Counted from the stretch's first letter, positions 1-11,077 are shown. The stretch: 64,000 nt of DNA from Thermoanaerobaculia bacterium (GCA_963719555.1 CAVRCL010000005.1:201606-265605); one strand, 5' to 3'. A program made the numbers and translations. The notes: a model not told the origin generated them from the sequence alone.

Positions 1-1323
1 GATCGCCGGTGCATGCAGACCGTCGAGGAGTCGTTCCGCGTCCTCCCGCTTTGCGGTGACGAAGCCCCCGCCGGCAAGGGCGGCGAGCCGATGTGCGATC
101 GCCTCGGGGGCGAACAGCAGCTCCTCGAGCTCGGCGCCGAGCTCCGCCAGATGCTCGCGCTGACGGCGGTCGAAGACCAGCACTTGCGGCCGCAGGGCGG
201 TCCACGGCGCCGCCACCCCGAGGACGGGATAGACCGCCGCCGCCTGCGCCAGGTAGGCGGTCTCTCCCGGCCCCATGATCTGCAGCGTCGTCCCGAGGAC
301 CGCGTCCTGGATCGCCGGCCGGGCGAGGACCCCGGGCGAGAGACGGCTCGGGTCGCTCTCGAGGAGCGCCAACAGGTCGTCGACCGGCTCGCTCTGCCCG
401 CGGGCCGGCGCTCCGCGCAGCTGGAAGCCGGCGGCGCCGCTCCACTCGATGCGCCGACGCGCGCCGTCGCGCATCAGGAAGAGCGGGCTCGCGCCGCGCT
501 GCGGTGCGACCTGGAGGTCGAAGCCCCTTGCTACGACGCGCTCCTCGGCAGCCAGGTAGGCTGCTTCGACCGCCGTCCGGTCCTCGATCAGGCGGCGCAG
601 GTGCGGTTTCTCGGCGAGCTTCAGCTCGGGCAGCATCGAGTCGAGCATCAGGGGCGAACGCGCGCCGAGCAGCGCCACCATCTGGCGCGCGAAGGCATCA
701 CCGAAGCGCGCCCCCGGCGCCCACCACTCGCTCAGGCGCACGCGCCATTCGCTGAAGCGTTCGTTCGGAAAGCTCTCGGCAAGGGCGGCGAAGAGAGTCT
801 CGATCTCCGCTCCCAGCGTCCGCGCGCCGACCGGGGCGAGAGGCGCCGTGTCGTCCCCCAGGGCGAGGCGGAGAAGCCCCGTCGGTGCGAGAAAGGTCGC
901 GCTCTCGACCTCGGCCCAGTCGTGATCCTCGGTCGCCATCCAGAAGAGGGCGACGGCCGGCCGGCCGGCCGCTTCGAGCGCCTCGGCGTAGCGCACCGCC
1001 GTCGCCGCCTTGACCAACGCCAGCAGGGGCCCGCCGAAGAGGCCGGTCTGTTGCCCGCCCACCACCACCGCCGTCGCCGGGTCGGCGAGCTTCGCCGCGA
1101 GCTCGGCGGCGCGCGGGTGGCCGTACGCCTGGTTGGCGCGCTTCAGGCCTTGCGCGATCGCGCGGCGGTCGACGGCAGGCGGCGCCATCTCCGGCAGCGT
1201 CCCCGGCGCCAGCAGGCGCAGCGGGGCGAGGAGATCCGCCTCCTTGCCGGCGAGCCAGGCCGCCGGCATCCCCTTCACCAGGCCGTTGGCGATGAGATCG
1301 ATCGGTTGAGCGTGGGCGACCAT
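1..1323 (-). CDS. BshC-like protein (putative bacillithiol-biosynthesis cysteine-adding enzyme family); 3' end lies beyond window start
   Basis: Minus-strand translation from ATG at 1323 reads MRRMVAHAQPIDLIANGL...VVVGGQQTGLFGGPLLALVKAATAVRYAEALE...VALFWMATEDHDWAEV, matching the GGQQ.GLFGGP and FW.A.EDHD motifs of the BshC/YllA family. The listed + ORF 13..1536 is the Arg-rich antisense frame. Confidence 0.55.
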   Translation of the reverse strand, partial: MVAHAQPIDLIANGLVKGMPAAWLAGKEADLLAPLRLLAPGTLPEMAPPAVDRRAIAQGLKRANQAYGHPRAAELAAKLADPATAVVVGGQQTGLFGGPLLALVKAATAVRYAEALEAAGRPAVALFWMATEDHDWAEVESATFLAPTGLLRLALGDDTAPLAPVGARTLGAEIETLFAALAESFPNERFSEWRVRLSEWWAPGARFGDAFARQMVALLGARSPLMLDSMLPELKLAEKPHLRRLIEDRTAVEAAYLAAEERVVARGFDLQVAPQRGASPLFLMRDGARRRIEWSGAAGFQLRGAPARGQSEPVDDLLALLESDPSRLSPGVLARPAIQDAVLGTTLQIMGPGETAYLAQAAAVYPVLGVAAPWTALRPQVLVFDRRQREHLAELGAELEELLFAPEAIAHRLAALAGGGFVTAKREDAERLLDGLHAPAI

Positions 1324-1370
1324 CCGCCGCATCCTAGCGGACGGGGGCGGCCGCACGCCGGTAGCCGGCC

Positions 1371-1481
1371 GGGGCTCGACGAAATCCCCTGCGCGCAGTG
1401 GCGGGGGGCCCCACCCTCAAGAGAAGAAACCCAGATGAGACCTGGGGTCCCGACCGAGCACAGGGGATTTCGTCGAGTCCC
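1371..1481. repeat. ~110-bp element with 17-bp perfect terminal inverted repeats (CTCGACGAAATCCCCTG / CAGGGGATTTCGTCGAG) and a nested imperfect inner IR; long-hairpin or MITE-like
   Basis: Read directly: 1375-1391 is the exact reverse complement of 1461-1477. The 69-bp spacer holds GGGGCCCCA / TGGGGTCCC. It sits in the divergent intergenic region ~50 bp upstream of the dusB start. Confidence 0.5.
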
Positions 1482-1532
1482 GGTCGGCGGCGAACTTGCG
1501 CCGGGAGGGGTGCGGGAGGCTGAAGCGGTAGA

Positions 1533-2531
1533 ATGAGAGGTTCGATGTTGCGCCTCGGAAACGTCCCGATCGATTCGCCCCTGATCCTCGCGCCGATGGC
1601 CGGGGTGACCGACCGCGACTTCCGGCTGATCGTGCGCCGGATCGGCGGCGTGGGATTGGTGACGATGGAGTTCATCGCCTCGCGGGCGCTGGTGCGCGGC
1701 GTCGCGCGGACGCTCGACCTGATGCACTTCCTGCCGGAAGAACGCCCGATCTCGATCCAGATCTACGGCTCGGACCCCGACACCATGGCCGAGGCGGCGC
1801 GCCTGGTCGAAGCGATGGGCGCCGACATCTGCGACATCAACATGGGTTGCCCGGCCAACAAGATCCTCAAGGGCTGCTCGGGCTGCGCTCTCATGGGCGA
1901 CCTCGAGCTCGCGGAGACGATCGTCGGGACGGTGCGCAAGGCGATCTCGATCCCGCTGACCGTCAAGTTCCGGCTCGGTCTCGACCACGAGCGCCGGAAC
2001 TTCCTCGAGCTCGGCCGGATCTGCGAGGCCTCCGGCGCCGACGGCGTGGCGCTCCACGCCCGCACCGCGCGCCAGATGTTCAGCGGCGACGCGACCGTGC
2101 AGTGGGACGAGATCGCCCGCCTCAAAGAGGTGGTCGGCATTCCGGTTTTCGGCAACGGTGACATCAAGGAGCCCGGCGACGTGCTGCGGATGATCGCCGC
2201 CACCGGCTGCGACGGGGTAATGATCGGTCGCGCGGCGACCAAGAACCCGTGGATCTTCCAGCAGGCGGCTGAGCTCCTCGCCGGCCGGGAGCCGCAGGAG
2301 GCCTCGCTCCTCGCCCGCCGCGATCTGATCCTCGAGCATTTCCGGCTGGTCGCCCTGCGCGAGCCGTCGAAGTACGCCATGCACAAGCTGCGCAAGTTCA
2401 CCGGCTGGTACACCCACGGCGTGCCGCACGGCCGCGAGCTCCGCCAGCGCATCAACGAGCTCCAGGACGTGCCGTCGTTCCTCGCCGCGGTCGAGGACTT
2501 CTTCGAAGAGATGACCGCGGCGGCGGCTTGA
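1533..2531 (+). CDS. dus: tRNA-dihydrouridine synthase
   Basis: Intact 332-aa ORF with LILAPMAGVTD, GADICDINMGCP and FGNGDI motifs of the Dus family (DusB-like). Confidence 0.9.
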   Translation: MRGSMLRLGNVPIDSPLILAPMAGVTDRDFRLIVRRIGGVGLVTMEFIASRALVRGVARTLDLMHFLPEERPISIQIYGSDPDTMAEAARLVEAMGADICDINMGCPANKILKGCSGCALMGDLELAETIVGTVRKAISIPLTVKFRLGLDHERRNFLELGRICEASGADGVALHARTARQMFSGDATVQWDEIARLKEVVGIPVFGNGDIKEPGDVLRMIAATGCDGVMIGRAATKNPWIFQQAAELLAGREPQEASLLARRDLILEHFRLVALREPSKYAMHKLRKFTGWYTHGVPHGRELRQRINELQDVPSFLAAVEDFFEEMTAAAA

Positions 2532-2570
2532 ATCAACTCGAACATCCAAGTTGCTCTGACGATTGCCGAG

Positions 2571-3011
2571 TTGCCGCAGGCCCTGGCCACCGCCGCCGAC
2601 GCCTGGGGCGCAGAGTGGAGTGGCGACAGCTCGAGGGACCGATCGAATCCAAGCGGCGGACGGCTCGTTCTGCCGGTGGTCTTCGGGCTGCGTCGCGGGG
2701 TGCTCGTCGGCCGGGTCGACTTCGAACCTGCGGGTGATGGCGCGCGCATCGCCTGGCAACTCGAGGAGAGCCACCTCGAGGTGCAGCGCGCTTCGGTCGG
2801 CGTTCTCGGTCTCGCGGTGCTGGCCCTGCTCCCGGCGCTCGCCTGGCCGTTCCAGCCCAGGCTCCTCGCCCTCCTGCCGTTCGCCGCGGTCATGGGCCTC
2901 CTCGCCTGGTGGCTGGTTCTGTCGCGCCTCGAAAACAGCGGCCCGGAGGAGTTCTTCGCCACCGTCGCCACCGCTGCCGCCGTCAGTCGCCCCACCGCAA
3001 AGCCCGACTGA
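2571..3011 (+). CDS. hypothetical small membrane protein
   Basis: 146-aa ORF with two hydrophobic helices (VGVLGLAVLALLPALAW, LLPFAAVMGLLAWWLVL), directly downstream of dus. No homology recognised. Confidence 0.3.
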   Translation: MPQALATAADAWGAEWSGDSSRDRSNPSGGRLVLPVVFGLRRGVLVGRVDFEPAGDGARIAWQLEESHLEVQRASVGVLGLAVLALLPALAWPFQPRLLALLPFAAVMGLLAWWLVLSRLENSGPEEFFATVATAAAVSRPTAKPD

Positions 3012-5656
3012 GCGGGCCTGCTTCAGGGCCGCGAGGTTCGTGCACCCGCTGCGCCGTGGCGCCCGGACCCGGCGCTGTGAGCGCTGCGCTGACGGCCTCC
3101 AAGCCGAGCGCCTTGCGGGTCGCCGCCAGCTCGTCCGGATTGTCGGGCGGGGACTTTTGCAGACCGGCAAGCGCCGCTTCGAGGAGCGGCCGCGCCTCGG
3201 CCTCGCGATGCAGCGCCAGGAGGGCGCGGCCCTGCGCGGCCTGGGCCCGCGCCAGGGTTGCCGGCGCGGGCTCCTTGGCTGACGCGAGAAGCGCGAGGGC
3301 CGCGACCGCTGCGCTCTCGGCGCCCGCCGGCTTCCCGGCAACCAGGAGGTGGTGGGCGACATCGATGCGATACCCGGCGAGCGTGCGTGGATTCCCGCGC
3401 GCTCCTTCGAGGTCCGCGGCGAGCTGCCGAAAGCTCGCCGCGGCGGCGCGGCTTCGCCGCCACGATCGAGCGCCCGGGAGCGATTGCGCAGGGCCGCAAG
3501 CGCCATCGGATGCGTCGGCCCGTCGGTTTCGACCCAGATCGCATGGGCGTGGTCGTAGGCCGCAGCCGCCGCCATAAAGGCCGCTCCGTCGACCTGAGCC
3601 GCCGCCAGGGCCGACCAGCTGTTGGCGACCATGTAGTGGCGGTCGCCCAGCTTCGCGCGCCGCAGGGCGAGGATCTCCTCGTGCTCGCGCGCGCGCTCCG
3701 CCGGATCGTCGAGCATGGAGGCGAGGTTGCTGCGCAGGCCGAGGGTCAGCAAGTGGTTCTCGCCGCGCTCGGCGCGCAGGATCGCCAGCGCCTCGTGGAA
3801 GAGAACCTTAGCCTGCTCCGCCCCCTCCACGTCGTTGCGCGCGCGGCGGAACCAGGCAAGCGCGGTGAGACTGGCGGCGATCTCGAGACGGGGCGCTTCG
3901 GGCGTCGCGCGCAGGATCGCCAGCGCGCGCTCGATCCGCCGTTCGGCCGCTTCGCCCGTGTCGAGCTGGCCGGCTGTGCCGAGGGTGCTGGCGAGGAGCA
4001 GGGGCGGCGGCGCCGGGGAACGCTCCACCCGCGCCAGGGCGTTCTCGGCCTCGGCGATCGCTCCCGCCCGATCGCCGGTGAGGTGCAGCGCGCGCGCGTA
4101 GTCGAGCTGCACCGGGATGAGCCCCAGGTCGTCCGGCGGGAGACGCGCGAGCTCGGCGTCGCGCGCCTGCTGCAGCAGTGGCAGCGCCGCGACCCAGGCG
4201 CTGCGCTCGAGCTGGATTCGACCGAGAACGTGGCGCAGCCGCGCCTGGACGTCGGGCTGATCGGCAAGCCGGTCGGCCTTCGCGCTGCCCTGGGCGATGA
4301 GCGCGGAAACGCGCACCGTGTCGAGGTCGGCACCGGCAATCGGATCGAGGCCACCGAAGAGCTCGACCATGAGGTCGACGACTGCCTGCGAGCGCCCGGC
4401 GGCGAGCGCTGCGGCCTCGCGCTCGCGCGACGCCTCGCGTGAACGCGCCACGGAGATGGCGGTCGAGAGGGCGAGGCGCGACGACCGTCGCGACGGACGC
4501 CGCGACGGCGAGCCGATGGCGCCCGACGAAGCGCCGTGCGCGGTAACCGAACGCGTCCGGGCGCGCGCGGACCGGCTCGCCGCGGAGCCAGCGTTCGACG
4601 TCGTCGGCCAGCTCCCCCGCGGAAGAGAAACGGCGCTCGGGCTCGGGGGCGAGCGCGCGCGCGATGACGGCCGAGAGATCCCGGTCGAGCCCGGTATTGG
4701 GCGGCGGGGGATGGGGGGGCTGGGGGACATGGCAGGGGCGGCGGCCGCAGCGCCGGCGCGGAGCGGTCGCCGGTCGATTCGGCCGGCAGTCGCCCGGTCA
4801 TGAGCTCGTGGAGAAGGATGCCGAGCGCCCAGACGTCGGTCGCCGTGGTCACCGGCTCGCCGCGGCGCTGTTCCGGCGCGGCGCGCTGCGGCGTCATCGG
4901 CGCGAGCTCGAGCGCACGCGTCGGTTGGGTGGCGTCGTCGCGCGGCGAGAGGAGCTTGGCGATGCCAAAGTCGAGCAGGTGCACCCGGCCGTCGGCGCTC
5001 ACCAGCACATTCGACGGCTTGAGATCGCGATGGACGACGAGATTGGCGTGCGCGAACTGCACCGCCCGGCAAAGCTCGACGAAGAGCTCCGCCCGGCGGC
5101 GCGGCGCGGCCGCGGTCTCGGCGCAAAACTGGGTGATCGGCCGGCCGTCGACATAGCGCAGCGCCAGATAGGGCCGCCCGTCGTCGGCCGTGCCGGCGTC
5201 GAGGAGAGGCACGACCGCCGGGTGCTCGAGACGGGCGAGGAGATTGCGCTCGAGCCGGAAGCGGGCGATGAGATCGGCCGAGGCGATCCCCGGCCGCAGA
5301 AGCTTGACCGCCACTTGCTGGGTGAAGGCGCCGTCGGCGCGCTCGGCGAGATAGACCTCGCCCATGCCCCCGCGGGCGAGAAAACGCACGATCTGCCACG
5401 GTCCCAGGCGGGTGCCCGCGACGACGGAGGGTGAGCTGTCGGTCATTCCCAGGCGGCTCTCGAGCTCGAGGCCGGCGGCGGTCGGCGTCGCCTCGAGCAT
5501 CGCCGCGAGCTCGGCGGCGAGTGCCGGCGCGGTGGCGCGCAGCTTCGCGACCAGCTCGCGACGCTCGGCGGGCGTCGCGTCGCGCGCCTGTTCGTGGAGC
5601 TCGGCGAGCCGGTCCCAATCGGCGGGAGCGGGGGGGCGAGGCGAGTTGTTCGTCAT
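2983..5656 (-). CDS. Ser/Thr protein kinase with transmembrane segment and C-terminal TPR repeats; interrupted by at least 3 frameshifts
   Basis: Kinase frame 5656 to ~4780 (GMGEVYLA, HRDLKPSNVL, DFGIAK, DVWALG). The next frame carries the kinase end plus TM (ADDVERWLRGEPVRARPDAFGYRARRFVGRHRLAVAASVATVV). A third frame ~4490 to ~3440 carries TPR-like repeats. A fourth frame ends ...RALRWGD* with stop at 2983-2985. The start overlaps the sigma-factor stop (ATGA). Confidence 0.8.
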
Positions 5657-6282
5657 TCGTCTGTGGACTTTCGCGCCGTTGGCGCGGCAGGCTGGACATC
5701 CTCGCCCGGCGCGGCGAGCGCGCTGCGTACCTCCTTGCGCAGCCAGGCCATGGCGGCGTCGCCGTCGCGCTGCACGGTCTTGGTCGAGACATCCAGGAGC
5801 TCGGCCGCCTCCTCGAGCGTCAGGCCACCGAAGAAGCGCAGCTCGACGACCCGCGCGGCGCGCGGCTGCACCGCTTCGAGTCGGGCGAGCGCCTCGTCGA
5901 GCGCCAGGGTCTCTTCGGCCGCCTGCGGCGAGAGAAACCCCTCGGCCGCCTCGAGCGCGACGCGCTCGGCGCCGCCGCCGCGCTTCAGCCGCTGACGCGC
6001 CCGCGCGTGATCGACCAGCACCCGCCGCATCGTCCGCGACGCGGCGGCGAAGAACTCGCCGCGGTCCTGGGCGGCGATCCGGTGCTGGTCGACCAGCCGG
6101 AGGTAGGCCTCGTGGACCAGCGCCGCGGTATCGAGGGTATGGCCGACGCGCTCGCCGCGCAGCCGCCGGCGGGCGAGCCGCCGCAGGTCGTCGTACAGCA
6201 GGGGCACGAGGCGGTCGAGCGCCTCGGGCGAGCCGTCCCGCAGCCGGCCGAGCCAGAGTGTGATCTCACCGCTCGAGTCCAT
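5653..6282 (-). CDS. RNA polymerase sigma-70 family ECF sigma factor (type associated with Ser/Thr kinases)
   Basis: Intact 209 aa: EITLWLGRLRDGSPEALDRLVPLLYDDLRRLARRRL...TLDTAALVHEAYLRL and a sigma-4 HTH (LTLEEAAELLDVSTKTVQRD). 4-nt overlap with the downstream kinase gene. Confidence 0.9.
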   Translation of the reverse strand: MDSSGEITLWLGRLRDGSPEALDRLVPLLYDDLRRLARRRLRGERVGHTLDTAALVHEAYLRLVDQHRIAAQDRGEFFAAASRTMRRVLVDHARARQRLKRGGGAERVALEAAEGFLSPQAAEETLALDEALARLEAVQPRAARVVELRFFGGLTLEEAAELLDVSTKTVQRDGDAAMAWLRKEVRSALAAPGEDVQPAAPTARKSTDE

Positions 6283-6414
6283 GTGACTGTGGAAGTTGAC
6301 GACAGATACGGGCGGATCCGCAAGCCTGGTTCACTTGCAGCCCGTCCCCGCAACGGCGGAGAGGCGTGTCCAGTTCTGTCGCCATTTGGCGCGAGAACGA
6401 CCGAAGGAGACTCA

Positions 6415-7858
6415 ATGAAAAACCGAGCATTGGGATCGCACGTGACTTTTCGCCTCGCGGCTTTCGCTCTGGCGGCGGACCGCAACGGCCGCGGCGACGA
6501 CGATGACGGTCGACTACCGACCTCGGATACCGACGCGGCGGACGGCTTCTGCTCGCTCCGCGAAGCGATCCTCGCAGCCAACTCAGACGCTGTGCGCCAG
6601 GAGTGCCCGGCGGGGGCCGGCGCCGACCGGATCGTGTTCGACCTCCGCTTGCCCGCGACCGTGACGCTCTCTGCGGATCTGCCGGCGATCACCGCGACGG
6701 TCGCGATCCGCGGGCCGGGTGCCGGTGGCTGGCGATCGACGGCCAGACGCTCTACCGGCCTGTTCGTCTTCGCCAGCGCCGACGGCGGTGACTGGTACCT
6801 GCTGGAGGACCTATCGGTCCTGCACGGCTACGCCAATACCGGACTCGGACCGGATGGGGGTGGCGCCTACGTCGGCCCGGGCGACACCGCGATCTTCTCG
6901 CGTGTCGTCGTTGCCGAGAACGTCGCCGCGAACGGCGGTGGCGGCATCGCGGTCGACGGCCTCACCGGCCTGCCCGCACAGGCGGAGATCCACGACTCCA
7001 TCCTCAGTGGAAACCTCTCCCTGGGGGCGGCCGGTGGCGGTGGTCTGCTGGTCGTAGACGACTCAGCGGTTGAAGTCATCGGGTCATCGATTATCGACAA
7101 TCGCGCCGAGGCTTCATTTGGCGCCGGCGCCGGCATGGTGATTCAGCGCAGCACTGTTGCGGTCCAGCGCTCGACCATCTCCGGCAATCGGCTCTTGGCA
7201 GCGGTGGTGGCATCTTCGTCAGTTCGAACACCGAGCACGCGGCTCTGCTCTCGCTGGTCGATTCGACGCTCTATAACAATCTTGCCGACGCCGATTTCGA
7301 TCTGGTCGGCGACGGCGGCGGGATCTTCACCACCGGTCCGGATACTCAGCTCGAGTTCGAAAACTCGATCGTCGCCGGCAACGCCGACGATGGCGCCGTC
7401 GTGAATCCTGATCTGTCCGTCAGCCCCTTCATCGTCGTGACCAGCTCCGGCTTCAATTTCATCGGCGTCAACGAGGGTGCCGCCGCCGTCTTCGCGGCCG
7501 GAAGCCCGAACGCGAACGGCGATTTCGTCGGCACGGTGCGGCGCCGATCGATCCATTGCTCGAGGCTCTGGCGCCCAACCAGGGCGCGACGCTCAGCCAC
7601 CGGCCGGTGCTCGACGCCGCGAGCCTGGTGATCGATCACGGCGCCTGCCCGGGACGCAGCGCCGACCAGCGCGGTCGCGGCGTACCGAGTACGCACCTGC
7701 GAGCCTTCGACCACCCCACGGTGCCGACGCAAGCCGCGAGCGACGGTTGCGACATCGGTGCGGTCGAGCGCGGTGCCTCCGCCGACTCGGCGGCCGAGCT
7801 CTTTCTCGACGGCTTCGAGCTCGGCCACACCCTGCGCTGGAGCGCGGAGGCGCCGTGA
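6415..7858 (+). CDS. secreted CSLREA-domain / parallel beta-helix repeat protein ending in a conserved C-terminal tail (LFLDGFELGHTLRWSAEAP); about 2 frameshifts
   Basis: GGAGA RBS then ATG at 6415. MKNRALGSHVTFRLAAFALAA signal-like N-terminus, CSLREAILAAN motif and Gly-rich beta-helix repeats. The reading frame passes through ORFs ending 7404, 7631 and 7858. Confidence 0.7.
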
Positions 7859-9461
7859 GGAGGTTGTGGCGGGCGATCCTCGCTCTCTTACGCTCGCCGC
7901 GCCCGGCAGGCGACGGGCGGAACGACCCGCGCTGGGAGCGGCGGCTGGACGAAGCGGTCGTTGCCGCACGCTGCCCGTTCTGGATACCGGCCCCCACTCC
8001 TTCTCGCCGGCTCCGGCGGCGGCGCGGCGAGCGCGACGGTCCTCACGGTCAACACGGTCGATCCGGGTCTTGCGGCGGCCGACGACGGCTGGTGCACGCT
8101 CTACGAGGCGGTCGCTTCGGCGAACACCGACACCGGCTCGGGCGCGCTGGCCGGCGAATGCGCCAGCGGCCTGGGCGACGACACGATCGCCTTCGCCGTC
8201 GCCACGCCGGCCACCTACGTCCTGAACTTCGGCCCGCTCGTGGTCACCGCGGGCCTCGTGATCGCCGGACCGGGCGCCGACCTCCTGACCCTCAACGCCC
8301 AGGGTCTCAACCGCATCTTCGTCTATTCGCCGACCGATATCCTCGCCGCCCCGACCTTCGAGGTCTCCGGACTCACCTTCACTGGCGGGTGGGCGCTCGG
8401 CGACTACAATGGCTTCGGCCCCGGGAGTGGCGGCGCCCTGCTCGCCCAGAACGGCCAGGTGTATCTTCACGACCTGGTCTTGCGCGGCAACCTCGCGCTG
8501 GATCAGGGCGCCGGGGTCTATGCCACCGCGACACTCAACGTCGAGCGCGCCACGTTCGCCGGCAACGTCAACACCGGGCCGGTGATCTTCGGCGGCGGCG
8601 GCGCCGCGATCAGCCACAACTCCGGCGGCGATCTCACCATTCGCGACAGCTCCTTCGTCGACAACAGCGCGCTCGCCAGCGATCCCGCGGGGGCACTGTT
8701 CGACCCCCACGGCGGCGCCGTGAACGCGCTCACCTTCGGAATCGTCACGATCGAGCGCTCCACCTTCGTCGGCAATCGGGCGAGCGGCGCGGGAGGGGCG
8801 ATCGGGATCGGCCTGCACCGCACCTATCCGACCGCGCTCACGACAGTGCTGCGCTTTCTCACCGTGGTCGACAACGAGGCCGACAGCGACGGCGACGGGA
8901 TCGGTGGCAATCCCGGGGTCTACACCGGCGGCAGCGGCGGCGGCATCTTCGTCGCCGATTCGCTCGGTACGACTACGATCGAGGGTTCGATCGTCGCCGG
9001 AAACCTCGACTCGGGACCCGACAAGGCGCCCGATCTCGACGGATTCGACTTCCTCTCGCTCGGCCACAACCTCGTCGGTATCCGGCGCGGCAACGCCGCA
9101 TCGACCTTCCCGGCCGGCCAGCCGAACGGAAACGACGACTGGGTCGGCACGATCGGCGCCCGCTCGCCCACGGGCTCCTGGCACTCGCCGAGAACGGCGG
9201 GCCGACCCCTCCCGTCTGCCCGATCTCGCCGCCGGCCCGAGCCTCGCCATCGATCATGGGAGCTGTCCGGGGGAGATCGCCGATCAGCGCGGCTATGCCA
9301 ATCCGGCTAGCGCGGGGCGCGCGGTCGATGAGCCGAGCGTCGTCGACGCCGACGACGGGTGCGACATCGGCGCCGTCGAGTTGGGAGCGGTCTCTCCGCA
9401 GCTCTTCAGCGACGGCTTCGAGAGCCAGGACACTTCGCTGTGGAGCGCGACGGTGCCGTAG
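7856..9461 (+). CDS. secreted CSLREA-like (GWCTLYEAVASAN) beta-helix repeat protein with the same C-terminal tail (LFSDGFESQDTSLWSATVP); N-terminus unresolved, frameshifted
   Basis: Main frame 7961..9310 (LNFGPLVVTAGLVIAGPGADLLTLNAQG..., repeated GG.G.. turns). The C-terminal frame 8904..9461 ends CDIGAVELGAVSPQLFSDGFESQDTSLWSATVP*. Paralog of the 6415..7858 gene. Confidence 0.65.
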
Positions 9462-9472
9462 CCGGGCGCGCT

Positions 9473-10985
9473 TCAGGGCACCACGGTCTTCGACCAGAAG
9501 AAGGTCGTGCCGGACTCGAAGCCGTCGGTGAAGATGAGCGCGCTCGTCAGCCGGCGGAAGGAGAAGTCCCAGTCGAGCCCGCTCCACTGCCCGGAGCCGA
9601 CGAGCACCGGCTTTCCTCCCGAGAGCGTCAGGCAGTGGAAGTCGTCGTTGCCGTCGCCGCTGCCCACCGGCGGCATGTCGAAGGTCCGCTTGCCGGTACC
9701 CAGGCCGCCGAAAGAGCTGTCGAGCCCGGATTCCGCGAGCACCCGCGCGACGCCAACGTCGATGACGTTGCCGGTGTCCCCGGTGATCGCCGCCGCCGCG
9801 ACCACGATCTTGCCATCGGACTGCACGACCATGCGGTTCATTCCGCCTCCGCCGTCGCCCCCTGAGCCGCCGATATCGAAGGCGACGTACTCGGTGAAGG
9901 CGTTGTTCAGGGTGCCGTCGGGACCGAGGCGGGTGACCACGATGTTCTCTTCGTTCAGCAGGCCGTACTCGCCCGCGACGACGATGCTCCGGTCGGGCTG
10001 GAACGCGATCGAGCGCAGATAGGCCGACGCGAAATCGGTCGATCACCAACTCTCCCGTGCCTGCCCCCGCCGAAGGTCGGGTCCAGATTCAGGGTGCTCC
10101 CCAGAATAGCGGGCGATCGCCATCGAGGCGAAGAAGTCCGGCGGACCGGTCTTTCCCCATCCGCCGAGCAGGACGTTGCCGTCCGGTTGGAACGCCATGG
10201 CGGTCGGAATCGTGGTCGCGAAGACGTAGCCGGGGAAGGTGAGGGCGCGGACGTCGTCGGGTTGCCTACCGAGTCGAGGAGCTGGAAGATCCACCAGCCG
10301 GTCCCGTCGGCGAGCAGCCGGCCCAGCAGCCAGATCCGGCCGCCGGGGTCGACGCCCACCGCGGTCACCCCGGTGTCCATCCCGAACTCGAGGTAGAAGC
10401 CGTTGATGGCAAAGACCGGATCGATCCAGCCGTCCGGGAGGATCCGGGTCACGAAGCCGATGCTCGCCCCGGTCGAAATCAGGGCCATGGAGCCGGCGAC
10501 CAGGATGCGACCCTGCGGGTCGATCGCCATGGCATGGGCCCGACCTTGCGTCGCCTGAATGCCGATGTCCGAAAGATCGATGACCAGCCGCCCGTCGCTG
10601 TCGAAGGTCGGATCGAGGAGGCCGTCCGTCTTGACTCTGGCGATCGCGATCTGGCCCTGCTCGCTGTCGTTCGTCGTCGCCGACCCGGCCAGGAGGATTT
10701 GCCGTCCGCTTGGGCGGCGCAGGTGCGGGAGAGATCCGTCGCGGCGAAGTTCAGGTCGAAGGGGATCGAACCGTAGCCGCCGAGGTCATCGAGACCGTCA
10801 ACGGCGGGCAACATCTGAGCCTGCAACCCGAGCAGGGTGGCAAGAGCCAGAGCGAGGTGCGAGCGGCGAAAGCGCGCGGCGGAAGGCTGACGGGATCGAA
10901 TCGAACATGGCGGACCTCCTTGCACCATGAACGTGCGAGGCGCCGCGAAAGGGATCAGTCGAGGCCCGGGCCGGTGAAGACGCAT
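9473..10985 (-). CDS. secreted delta-60-repeat protein with the same C-terminal tail (IFTDGFESGTTFFWSKTVVP); frameshifted
   Basis: N-terminus RRSHLALALATLLGLQA looks like a signal peptide. Repeats of the P/QDGKIVVAG, LDPTFGGGG type run through ORFs 10479..10985, 9955..10530 and 9473..9940. It is convergent with the previous gene, 11 bp apart. Confidence 0.65.
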
Positions 10986-11077
10986 CGCGGATCCGGCCGG
11001 AGTGAGCCGAATGCCCGGCCGGAAAGCACGTTATGGATGAGAGGCCAGCTCTCGGCCGCGGCGGAGGAGGAAACGAG

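Noticed and set aside
13-1536. 507-aa plus-strand ORF at the window start
   Set aside because: Arg-rich low-complexity translation. The opposite strand encodes a well-conserved BshC-like protein over the same span.
1275-5792. 1505-aa minus-strand ORF
   Set aside because: High-GC read-through artefact. It is one of several frames of the Ser/Thr-kinase/TPR gene and is antisense to nothing real beyond it. Its N-terminal two thirds are Arg/Pro/Ala-rich nonsense typical of off-frame translation in 70% GC DNA.
5431-7404. 657-aa plus-strand ORF
   Set aside because: Its first ~330 codons are antisense to the ECF sigma gene. The real gene starts at the RBS-preceded ATG at 6415.
7477-9531. 684-aa Arg-rich plus-strand ORF
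   Set aside because: Off-frame relative to the CSLREA/beta-helix paralog (frames 7961 and 8904). Composition is ~30% Arg.
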